64,000 nt of DNA from an uncultured Bacillus sp. (GTDB lineage Bacteria > Bacillota > Bacilli > ZCTH02-B2), in NCBI GenBank assembly GCA_947085265.1, contig CAMTVR010000012.1:252053-316052 (forward strand). Reading direction: 5' to 3'. Shown piece after piece: positions 56,668 through 64,000 of this stretch (position 1 is its first letter; each line of letters begins with the position of its first letter). Both the position numbers and the translations under genes were made by a program. Below the pieces are notes generated by a model. It was not told the DNA's origin, ran no database searches, and saw only the letters and a program-made list of their open reading frames with translations.

Positions 56668-57500
56668 CTCAACTCCTTGAGAACGCCCTTGACCAATGCA
56701 GTCAGGCGATCTTTGGCCTGATTGGAGGTTTTTACCACATCTTCATGGGAAAGAGGCTGATCCAAGATGCCGCTGGCCAGGTTTGAGATACAGGAAATCC
56801 CCAAAACCCGCATGCCTTGGTGTTTGGCCACGATGACTTCGGGGACTGTGGACATGCCAACCGCATCCGCCCCCAACTTGCGAAACGCACGGATTTCTGC
56901 CGGCGTTTCATAACTGGGGCCGGTAACCGCCAGATAAACGCCTCGGTGCACAGAAATGCCACAGCGCGCAGCGACCTGTTCAGCCAAAGCAAGCCATTCT
57001 TTGTCATACGCTTGCGACATATCTGGAAAGCGCGGCCCCCAATCTTCCACATTGGGACCTCTCAACGGGTTGGCAAACATCCAGTTGATGTGATCCTCGA
57101 TGAGCATCAAATCTCCCGCTTGAAAGGAGGGGCGAATCCCGCCTGCAGCGTTGGTCACGATGAGATCCCCAATGTTCAGCTCGTGCATAACGCGGATCGG
57201 AAATGTAATTTGCTGCATCGAATAGCCTTCATAATAATGAAAGCGACCTTGCATGCAAAGCACGGGACGACCTTCCACGATCCCGGCCACCCATTTTCCG
57301 GCATGTCCCGCTACGGTAGAAACAGGGAAATGCGGCAGTTGATCATACGGAATCTCGATCGGCTCTTCGATTTCCTCGGCAAACATCCCAAGGCCTGAAC
57401 CTAAAATCAGCGCCACTTGCGGCCGCAAGCTGCCCAACCGGTTTTGCAGTGCGCCTGCCGCCTCCTGTACCTGTTTGCAGTATGTTTCAGTTCCATTCAT
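56664..57500 (-). CDS. punA: Purine nucleoside phosphorylase, PNP family 1
   Basis: ALILGSGLG...LPHFPVSTVAGHAGKWVAG...RFHYYEGY...TNAAGG...MSTVPEVI. Start ATG 57500 follows GGAGGAG and overlaps the deoB stop region. Confidence 0.88.
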   Translation of the reverse strand: MNGTETYCKQVQEAAGALQNRLGSLRPQVALILGSGLGMFAEEIEEPIEIPYDQLPHFPVSTVAGHAGKWVAGIVEGRPVLCMQGRFHYYEGYSMQQITFPIRVMHELNIGDLIVTNAAGGIRPSFQAGDLMLIEDHINWMFANPLRGPNVEDWGPRFPDMSQAYDKEWLALAEQVAARCGISVHRGVYLAVTGPSYETPAEIRAFRKLGADAVGMSTVPEVIVAKHQGMRVLGISCISNLASGILDQPLSHEDVVKTSNQAKDRLTALVKGVLKELR

Positions 57501-57501
57501 G

Positions 57502-58695
57502 TCAACGACGCTCCTCCACTTTAATCTCAGGCAAGAAACTTTGGCCAATTTGCGGCTTCATCACACCGAAATTTTCTGCAATGGTGGCGCCCACATCGGC
57601 AAAGGTCTGGCGAATGCCGAGGTTGACCGGCTGAATGGCCTTTTGATACACAAGGAGAGGAACATACTCCCGCGTATGGTCGGTTCCCGTATGAGTGGGA
57701 TCATTACCATGATCAGCGGTGATGATCAAAAGGTCGTCAGAACCCATGGCTGCGAGCAATTCCGGAATACGCGCGTCAAATTCCTCTAGTGCCTGTCCAT
57801 ACCCTTCCGGATCGCGGCGGTGTCCGTATAATGAATCAAAATCCACCAGATTGGCAAAGGCCAATCCACAATACGATTCATGGAGTACCTCCAGGAGGCG
57901 GTCCACTCCATCCATGTTGGAACGTGTCGCTATGCTGCGTGTGACGCCTTCACCGTTGTATATGTCGGAGATTTTGCCAATGGCAATCACATCGAATCCC
58001 GCTTCCTGCAAGCGGTTCATCACAGTCGGCGCAGGTGGTTTAATGGCGTAATCACGGCGCCGGGGCGTGCGTCGAAACGCTCCAGGGTTCCCGATAAACG
58101 GCCTGGCAATCACCCGCCCGACCCGCCACGGCTCTTCCAAAGTTAATTCCCTCGCCACTTCGCAAGCCTGATATAATTCTTCCAGCGGAATCACGTCTTC
58201 ATGGGCTGCAATCTGAAAAACGCTGTCCGCCGATGTATAAACGATCCAAGCGCCACTCTCCATATGCTGAGCTCCCAGTTCCTCAATGATCACCGTCCCT
58301 GAAACCGGCTTATTTCCCAGCACTTGCCGTCCTGTTCGGATGCGAAACGCCTCGATTAACTCCGCGGGAAACCCTTCCGGGAAAGTTTGAAATGGCTTGG
58401 TCACTTCAAGCCCCATCAGTTCCCAGTGCCCTGTCATCGTATCTTTTCCAGCCGAAATTTCCCGCATTTTTCCATAGGCTCCCAAAGGCTTGGGTGGCGG
58501 TGTGAGCCCAGGAATGGGGTGAATATGGGCCAGCCCCAAAGAAGATAGGCGAGGAACATCCAGGCCCCGCTTTTCTGCAATATGCACCAGCGTATTGGTT
58601 CCTTCATCGCCAAAACGGGCCGCGTCCGGTAAGGCGCCGATACCGACACTGTCTAAAACGATCAAAATGATGCGGCGGAATCTGATCGGTAACAC
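57502..58695 (-). CDS. deoB: Phosphopentomutase
   Basis: [17 protein letters not shown]..., and the metal-site motif ADHGNDPT. Confidence 0.94.
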   Translation of the reverse strand: MLPIRFRRIILIVLDSVGIGALPDAARFGDEGTNTLVHIAEKRGLDVPRLSSLGLAHIHPIPGLTPPPKPLGAYGKMREISAGKDTMTGHWELMGLEVTKPFQTFPEGFPAELIEAFRIRTGRQVLGNKPVSGTVIIEELGAQHMESGAWIVYTSADSVFQIAAHEDVIPLEELYQACEVARELTLEEPWRVGRVIARPFIGNPGAFRRTPRRRDYAIKPPAPTVMNRLQEAGFDVIAIGKISDIYNGEGVTRSIATRSNMDGVDRLLEVLHESYCGLAFANLVDFDSLYGHRRDPEGYGQALEEFDARIPELLAAMGSDDLLIITADHGNDPTHTGTDHTREYVPLLVYQKAIQPVNLGIRQTFADVGATIAENFGVMKPQIGQSFLPEIKVEERR

Positions 58696-58717
58696 CTCTT
58701 TTCCATGTTTTCCCTGA

Positions 58718-59605
58718 TCATGCGCGCGGGTGAGCAGAGCGGTATGTATCGCGAATTTTCGAATGCGTCACATGAGTGTATATTTGTGTCGTCGAAATAT
58801 CCGCATGTCCCAGCATTTCCTGTACCGAACGAAGGTCGGCGCCATTTTCCAGCAAGTGGGTCGCAAAGGAGTGGCGAAGCACATGAGGAGTCAGTGGTTT
58901 GATGATCTGAGCTTGCCGGGCATACCGCTTGATCATTTTCCAAAACCCTTGCCGGGAAAGTGGTTCTCCGCGAGAATTCAGGAACAAGACGTCACTGGTC
59001 TTTCCTTTCAACAAATGGGGTCTGCTAAAGTTAAGGTAGTCGTATACTGCTTCAATCGCCAATTGTCCGACAGGGATGATTCGCTCTTTTGAACCTTTTC
59101 CCAAACATTTCAAAAAGCCCATCTCCAGTTGAAGATCGGTCAATCGAAGTGACAACAGTTCAGAGACGCGCATGCCCGTCGCATACAACAATTCCAGCAT
59201 CGCGGTATCCCGAATGCCCAGTGGAGTGTCCCGCTTTGGCGTGTTGAGCAAAGCATTCACTTCAGCAGCCGTCAACACGTGAGGGAGGCGCTGATCCCGT
59301 TTTGGCGTCGGTAAATCCTGAGCTGGATTATGCGAAATTTTTTTCTCCAGCCATAAAAACTTGTAAAAATTGCGCAACGATGCCGTGAGACGAGCCACCG
59401 ACGCGCTGGATTTGCCGGACTGCCGTTGCAGACGCAAATAGTGCAGCAAGTGTGTTTCATGGCTGTCTTCCAAGCACAAAACCCCATGTTTTCGCAAGTA
59501 AGAGATGTAATAAAAAATGTCGCGGTGATAGGCCTCTACGGTATTTCTTGCCAGGCCCTTCTCCACTTTTAAAAAATGAATAAATTGGTCAAGCGCTTCA
59601 TCCAT
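58718..59605 (-). CDS. xerD: Tyrosine recombinase XerD
   Basis: [22 protein letters not shown]..., catalytic R...HxLRH...Y ([19 protein letters not shown]). Start ATG 59605 follows GAGGTGA. This is a housekeeping recombinase, not a mobile-element integrase. Confidence 0.9.
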   Translation of the reverse strand: MDEALDQFIHFLKVEKGLARNTVEAYHRDIFYYISYLRKHGVLCLEDSHETHLLHYLRLQRQSGKSSASVARLTASLRNFYKFLWLEKKISHNPAQDLPTPKRDQRLPHVLTAAEVNALLNTPKRDTPLGIRDTAMLELLYATGMRVSELLSLRLTDLQLEMGFLKCLGKGSKERIIPVGQLAIEAVYDYLNFSRPHLLKGKTSDVLFLNSRGEPLSRQGFWKMIKRYARQAQIIKPLTPHVLRHSFATHLLENGADLRSVQEMLGHADISTTQIYTHVTHSKIRDTYRSAHPRA

Positions 59606-59636
59606 TTTGGTCACCTCGAAGACAAAACTTCTCACA

Positions 59637-60188
59637 TCAGCGTGAGAAGTTGGAACCACGACGGTGTGACAGCTTTCTTCCCAGTTCCTTTTCCGGGACG
59701 AGATTTCTGGAACTTTCATCTTGATGGGCAGAGACGTCTTGGTCATTCGCTGCCGCCTGACAACGGTGGCATACGCCGTGAAAGATCAATCGATGATCGA
59801 GTATTTTAAAACCGAAGTCACGTTCCACTTTCTCTTCAATGGGTCCTAGCCAATCCTCGATAATCTCGTCCACCGCACCACATTCTACGCAGACGAGATG
59901 ATGATGATGATGCTCCATGTTTTCATCACGCATCTCGTAGCGTGCCACGCCGTCCCCAAAATTCAGTTTGTTAATCACTTTTAGATCGCTGAGCAGATCC
60001 AATGTCCGGTATACGGTCGCAAGTCCAATATCTGGAAACTTTTCCTTCACGAGCAAATAGACATCTTCTGCGCTGAGATGATCAACCTGGTTTTCCAACA
60101 TGACTCGGAGGGTTGCTTCTCGTTGTGGAGTCAATTTATAATTCATGGCATGCAATTTTTCCTTAATATGCTCCAGGCGTTCTTCCAT
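59637..60188 (-). CDS. fur: Ferric uptake regulator Fur (with ~30-aa C-terminal extension)
   Basis: KLTPQREATLRVMLEN..DHLSAEDVYLLVKEKFPDIGLATVYRTL, HHHHHLVCVECG and CHRC closely parallel B. subtilis Fur. The ORF continues ~35 aa past CHRCQ. Confidence 0.9.
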   Translation of the reverse strand: MEERLEHIKEKLHAMNYKLTPQREATLRVMLENQVDHLSAEDVYLLVKEKFPDIGLATVYRTLDLLSDLKVINKLNFGDGVARYEMRDENMEHHHHHLVCVECGAVDEIIEDWLGPIEEKVERDFGFKILDHRLIFHGVCHRCQAAANDQDVSAHQDESSRNLVPEKELGRKLSHRRGSNFSR

Positions 60189-60217
60189 TTAAACCCCTCC
60201 CAAGCTCTCTCCCTTTC

Positions 60218-60246
60218 ATTATAGGAAGGGGTAAAAGGCAAGTCAA
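60218..60246 (-). promoter_or_regulatory. Sigma-A promoter of fur
   Basis: Minus strand reads TTGACT, 17 nt, TATAAT. Confidence 0.7.
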
Positions 60247-60263
60247 ACTAATTAAGAATCGAT

Positions 60264-60276
60264 ATTATTTAATAAT
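60264..60276. promoter_or_regulatory. Perfect 6-1-6 AT palindrome ATTATT-T-AATAAT (Fur-family/PerR-box-like) upstream of fur
   Basis: ATTATTTAATAAT at 60264-60276. It lies between a second TTGACA (60278-60283, minus strand) and the main fur promoter. It resembles the 7-1-7 Fur/PerR boxes TGATAATnATTATCA and TTATAATnATTATAA. Confidence 0.5.
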
Positions 60277-60293
60277 CTGTCAAGAAGAGGTTG

Positions 60294-60926
60294 TCATCTG
60301 AGCCATAATGACGTCACCCAGCCGATCAAGGGTGGAGTGACGTAAGCCTCCACGAAAACTCCGATCAGGAAGATTCCTCCCACTGTAACCATGATCCCAT
60401 TGTACTGCACCCATTCTTGTCGTACCACTGTGGGCACCTTGCGAAACAACATTCTGAGCAGTGACAAAGAGAAGAGAATTCCTGCCGATGCAGCCAAAAC
60501 AAGTGCGGGAATGAGCAACAGATTTTGCGGTAAAACGCCGACAGAAGCAAGCAAGATGCCCTTCCAGGTCAACTGGTGAACGAGAAAGCCGACCGTAAAG
60601 CCGATGGCCATGCCCTTCGCAAAGACAAGCGCCAGGATCATCGGAAAACCAATCACAGACAGCCCCAGTACCCAAAGGACCAGAATCAGTTTGAATTCTT
60701 CACCCAAAATACGGAGAAAGTCGGGTGAGTCTGCTTGAAAATAGGTGATATGTAGGAAAAACTGATTGAGATCGTCCAGGAGTTCATCACGCTGTTCCTG
60801 ACTCAACACATTGACCAGAATGGCGCCAAAAATCACGCCCATGATCAGCAAAATGGACGTAAACAGCAGTGCTTTGCGAAGATCGCGCGTTCGTGTTGAC
60901 AATACGGATTCGATCGCTTTTTTCAT
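60294..60926 (-). CDS. spoIIM: Stage II sporulation protein M
   Basis: 210-aa polytopic membrane protein at the B. subtilis spoIIM position next to fur. DUF95/SpoIIM pattern. Confidence 0.87.
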   Translation of the reverse strand: MKKAIESVLSTRTRDLRKALLFTSILLIMGVIFGAILVNVLSQEQRDELLDDLNQFFLHITYFQADSPDFLRILGEEFKLILVLWVLGLSVIGFPMILALVFAKGMAIGFTVGFLVHQLTWKGILLASVGVLPQNLLLIPALVLAASAGILFSLSLLRMLFRKVPTVVRQEWVQYNGIMVTVGGIFLIGVFVEAYVTPPLIGWVTSLWLR

Positions 60927-60979
60927 GACATGTTCCCCCTATTTATTGGCATCCTATTCGGGACAAGCGGGGGATAGAA

Positions 60980-61540
60980 TCATTTTTCCGCATTTTGATT
61001 TGTAAAGCCTGCAAAACTTTGAATCGCCAACACCGTTTTGGCGTCTTTAATCCGACCATCCATCACCCAGCGCATACTTTCCCCAAGCGTGACGGTAAAG
61101 GGCTGGACAAATTCATCCGTGTCCAGAGAAAGGGGTCGCTGAACCGTGTCATTCCCAATCCATGCCAGAAACAAAAATATCCGTTCATTCGCAAAACCGG
61201 GTGAAGTGTAAAAAGAATAAAGGAACTGCAGTTTTTTTGCTGTCAATCCGGTTTCTTCCCAAAGCTCTCGACGGGCGCAAGCTTCGGGCAATTCTCCTGG
61301 CTCCAGTTTGCCGGCCGGGATTTCGATCAATGATTCTTCGACCGCTTTGCGATACTGACGGATAAGCAGCAAATCGCCATTTCCTAAAATCGGTAAGACA
61401 GCGACCGCCCCAGGGTGTTCCACCACTTCCCTCATCCCGTGTTTGCCGTCAGGCAGCAAAACCTGATGTCGTTTGACCGTGATGATCCGTCCAGCATACA
61501 GGGTTTCTACGTGCAGCGTCTTTTCTTGATAATCATTCAT
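60980..61540 (-). CDS. nudF: ADP-ribose pyrophosphatase (Nudix hydrolase)
   Basis: Nudix box GKLEPGELPEACARRELWEETGL. 186 aa. Confidence 0.88.
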   Translation of the reverse strand: MNDYQEKTLHVETLYAGRIITVKRHQVLLPDGKHGMREVVEHPGAVAVLPILGNGDLLLIRQYRKAVEESLIEIPAGKLEPGELPEACARRELWEETGLTAKKLQFLYSFYTSPGFANERIFLFLAWIGNDTVQRPLSLDTDEFVQPFTVTLGESMRWVMDGRIKDAKTVLAIQSFAGFTNQNAEK

Positions 61541-61650
61541 CGCTTGCGCCCCTTTGTAGACTGCTTGGACAGGTTTTAGGCATACTTATCCCACACCTTC
61601 CATATATTATGAGCTATACGGACCATATCCAGATAGAGGAGGATTAGACA

Positions 61651-61860
61651 GTGAAGCGAGTGTCTTTTCAGTGTGTTCACACACCAAAGCAGCTGCTTCT
61701 CTCAGGCAAGTGCTGGGAAGTACGGGCAAAATTGCGCCAACTGTCCCGCTCCAGACTGACCTTGGAGGAGTACTTGCGGAGAATCAATTCAACAGGGGGG
61801 CCAGCCCGTGGAGGACGCCCCAAAAATATGCGGGATCCTGTCTTACCGTTCTCCCCATGA
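61651..61860 (+). CDS. Doubtful small basic ORF (69 aa, GTG start)
   Basis: Strong RBS GAGGAGG 7 nt upstream of GTG 61651. However, the last 77 nt overlap the 3' end of the convergent DUF3866 gene, and the C-terminal third is low-complexity (GGPARGGRP). Confidence 0.3.
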   Translation: MKRVSFQCVHTPKQLLLSGKCWEVRAKLRQLSRSRLTLEEYLRRINSTGGPARGGRPKNMRDPVLPFSP

Positions 61861-62929
61861 CCGTGATTTCCTCTCCGGGGTAATGTTTCAAGAGGGCGAA
61901 CATGTCATCCCGACTGATGATCGATTGCCTGTGAAGATGAACATTGGCATGACAAATGGCCTTTAACTGTTGACGAATCACCTCTTCTTCGCGACCGTGA
62001 AAAGGTGGTACGGAATAAGTGAATGGTACATGGATGGCCTTGCTGATTAAAGTCATCTGGTGATGACTGATTCCCTGGTGCCGACTTCTTCGATCGGCAA
62101 AACTGATCCTGGGAACCAAGAAAGGCCGTCCCTCGAGTGAAAAGGTGGCGTGTATCATTTCAGCCACCTCTACACCGGAAAACCCCCATTTTGTCCCCGT
62201 GCCTACTGTTCCTGGTCCCATGACCAGAATGACAACATCGGCTTTCAGGATATGCTTTGCGGCAAGCAACGCGGAATATACGTTCACCGCTTCCAGATCG
62301 CCGCCAAAGGAGTGGCCATAGGTAATGGTGCCCGCAATCCAGCCGTGGGACTGCAGAGTCCGAACATGATGACTGATGACGAGAGGCAGGGCAGCGCCAT
62401 CACTCATCACGTAGACAATGCGCCAGTTTCGCATCAAGTGATGCTTTGCTTGCAACCATTTGATTCCCGTCACCAAAATGGGCAGCATGCTGTGCAGTTC
62501 ACCGATCAAGACCGGCATTCCTTCCAAAGAAGATGCCGTTTTCATGATCTCGTGAACGGGACTGTTTTCCTCTTCGCAACTTTGGATCGCGACTTGATAA
62601 GGCGTGTAACGAATTTTCATGATATGACCATCAAAAGAGGTTTGTGATAAAACGGGATGGCTGTCACTCTCATTCACATCGGTTCTTTGGACGATCTGCG
62701 CCACCAGGTGGTACCCGCCTGTTCCCAAGTTCAAAAAGACAGCGGTAGTGTTGAGATACACATAATCCCCTTTCTTCACCGGTCCAATGAGCGGTGGAAA
62801 ACTCAGCGCTTTTTCACGCCTTCCTTCTACTTGCACCAAAAGTTCTTGCAAGGAAGGCAGGTTGACGAGCACATCCAGCACCTCTCCGATTTGCCAACGG
62901 ATCACGAACCAATCACGCCCTTTTCTCAT
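61784..62929 (-). CDS. DUF3866 family protein (function unknown)
   Basis: 381-aa ORF abutting the stop of the upstream carboxyltransferase gene. The family assignment comes from my memory of the IRWQIGEV.../GTGGYH pattern and is not verified. Confidence 0.65.
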   Translation of the reverse strand: MRKGRDWFVIRWQIGEVLDVLVNLPSLQELLVQVEGRREKALSFPPLIGPVKKGDYVYLNTTAVFLNLGTGGYHLVAQIVQRTDVNESDSHPVLSQTSFDGHIMKIRYTPYQVAIQSCEEENSPVHEIMKTASSLEGMPVLIGELHSMLPILVTGIKWLQAKHHLMRNWRIVYVMSDGAALPLVISHHVRTLQSHGWIAGTITYGHSFGGDLEAVNVYSALLAAKHILKADVVILVMGPGTVGTGTKWGFSGVEVAEMIHATFSLEGRPFLVPRISFADRRSRHQGISHHQMTLISKAIHVPFTYSVPPFHGREEEVIRQQLKAICHANVHLHRQSIISRDDMFALLKHYPGEEITVMGRTVRQDPAYFWGVLHGLAPLLN

Positions 62930-64000
62930 TCAAAGAGGAATGTTCCCGTGTTTTTTCCAAGGCCGCTTCTCTTCCTTGTTCCGCAGCATTTCCAATGCCT
63001 CCCGCAGTTTTTTTCTCGTCTCCCGCGGGTCGATGACGTCATCGACCATCCCATGGGCAGCCGCCACATACGGATTGGCAAACTTCTCCCGGTATTCGGC
63101 AATCTTGGCCGCACGAGTGGCTTCGGGGTTGTCACTTTGTTCAATCTCTTTACTGAAGATGATATTGGCTGCTCCTTCCGGTCCCATGACAGCAATTTCC
63201 GCGTTCGGCCAGGCATATACCACATCAGCTCCAATGGCCTTACTGTTTAAGGCGACATAGGCGCCACCGTATGCTTTCCGCAAAATGACAGTGATCTTGG
63301 GTACAGTGGCCTCGGAATACGCATATAAAATTTTTGCCCCATGCCGAATAATCCCCCGATGTTCCTGATTCACGCCGGGAAAAAATCCGGTAACATCCTC
63401 AAAGGTGATGATCGGGATGTTGAAAGCGTCACAAAAACGCACAAAGCGAGAAAGTTTGTCGGAGGAGTCGATATCCAGACCACCAGCCATCACCTTGGGC
63501 TGGTTGGCAACAATGCCTACCGGATAACCATCAATGCGTGCAAACCCGATGACAATGTTCCGCGCAAAGCGCTCTTGAACCTCCATAAAATCTCCATCAT
63601 CAACGATGCAGTGAATGACTTCACGGATATCATACACCTTGGTTCCTTCGACCGGCACAAGATCAATCAGTTCTTCCACCCATCCATCATCAGACTTGGG
63701 ATGTTCACGCGGCGGCATCTCTTTGTTGTTTTGCGGCAAAAAACCCAATAGGCGCCGAACCATCTGCAAGACTTCCTCTTCCGAAGCAGCTGTAAAGTGA
63801 GCATTTCCGCTTATTGAGGCATGCACACGCGCACCACCTAAGTCTTCAGCTGAAATTTTTTCCCCGGTGACCGCCTGAATCACCTTGGGACCTGTGATGA
63901 ACATTTGACTGGTTTTTTCCACCATAAACACAAAATCAGTGATTGCCGGAGAATAGACCGCCCCTCCCGCGTTAGGGCCCATGATCACCGATATTTGGGG
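62930..64000 (-). CDS. Acyl-CoA carboxylase carboxyltransferase (propionyl-CoA carboxylase beta / methylmalonyl-CoA carboxyltransferase), C-terminal part; 5' end beyond window
   Basis: ...ISVIMGPNAGGAVYSPAITDF..., GFFPGVNQEHRGIIRHGAKILYAY. The frame is open upstream of the first track Met through position 64000. Confidence 0.9.
   Translation of the reverse strand, partial: PQISVIMGPNAGGAVYSPAITDFVFMVEKTSQMFITGPKVIQAVTGEKISAEDLGGARVHASISGNAHFTAASEEEVLQMVRRLLGFLPQNNKEMPPREHPKSDDGWVEELIDLVPVEGTKVYDIREVIHCIVDDGDFMEVQERFARNIVIGFARIDGYPVGIVANQPKVMAGGLDIDSSDKLSRFVRFCDAFNIPIITFEDVTGFFPGVNQEHRGIIRHGAKILYAYSEATVPKITVILRKAYGGAYVALNSKAIGADVVYAWPNAEIAVMGPEGAANIIFSKEIEQSDNPEATRAAKIAEYREKFANPYVAAAHGMVDDVIDPRETRKKLREALEMLRNKEEKRPWKKHGNIPL

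Noticed and set aside
58718-59605. Tyrosine recombinase as a possible mobile-element integrase
   Set aside because: The sequence and context (deoB-xerD-fur-spoIIM) identify it as the housekeeping XerD/RipX. There are no flanking repeats, tRNA target or phage genes.
59880-59900. Run of five His codons (HHHHH) in Fur, which looks like an engineered tag
   Set aside because: It lies in the conserved metal-binding HHHxH region of Fur proteins (B. subtilis has HFHHH at the same place). It is internal to the protein, not terminal.
1-64000. Search for CRISPR arrays, IS elements or transposases, prophage genes, toxin-antitoxin or defence islands, and rRNA
   Set aside because: I saw no repeat-spacer periodicity, no transposase or phage-like ORFs, and no rRNA-like sequence. 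The window is conserved core genome.

Overview
This is a 64-kb stretch of conserved core chromosome from an endospore-forming Bacillales-type Firmicute, about 50% GC by eye. Gene order is largely collinear with the B. subtilis ypjB...yqjD region, and almost everything is on the minus strand. In descending coordinates the order is: partial propionyl-CoA carboxyltransferase, DUF3866, nudF, spoIIM, fur, xerD, deoB-punA-punA'-pdp, dacF, spoIIAA-spoIIAB-sigF, lysA, scpAB, ytfIJ, dacB-spmAB, rluB, resDE, mecB, ypeB, ypfA, cmk-plsC-rpsA, yphA/YIEGIA/cap, der-plsY-gpsA, yphEF, spoIVA, hbs, folE, tRNA-Pro, mtrB, a hypothetical, hepS-menG-hepT, ndk, cheR, then the aro/trp supraoperon aroC-aroB-aroH-trpDCFBA-hisC-aroF-tyrA-aroA, a 373-aa unknown, ypiF, qcrABC, ypjA and ypjB. 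Only ppa, the T-box-controlled aminotransferase-serA operon between mecB and resE, and one doubtful small ORF are on the plus strand. I found no rRNA, CRISPR array, transposase, phage gene or recognisable defence or toxin module, and no convincing novel multi-gene system. The most interesting signals are regulatory RNAs and departures from B. subtilis synteny. (1) A TRAP-binding GAG-repeat attenuator sits in front of a trp operon that starts at trpD, with no trpE/G. (2) A consensus promoter, tRNA-Pro(GGG) and intrinsic terminator are wedged between folE and mtrB. (3) A Ser (UCU) T-box controls a class-V aminotransferase-serA operon. (4) An orphan promoter/terminator unit carries an anti-SD-like CCACUCCU element upstream of an AT-richer 373-aa gene of unknown function that replaces ypiA/ypiB. 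(5) A 12-bp hairpin sequesters the dacF Shine-Dalgarno. All protein calls rest on my own recognition of the translated ORFs and motifs; no database search was possible.
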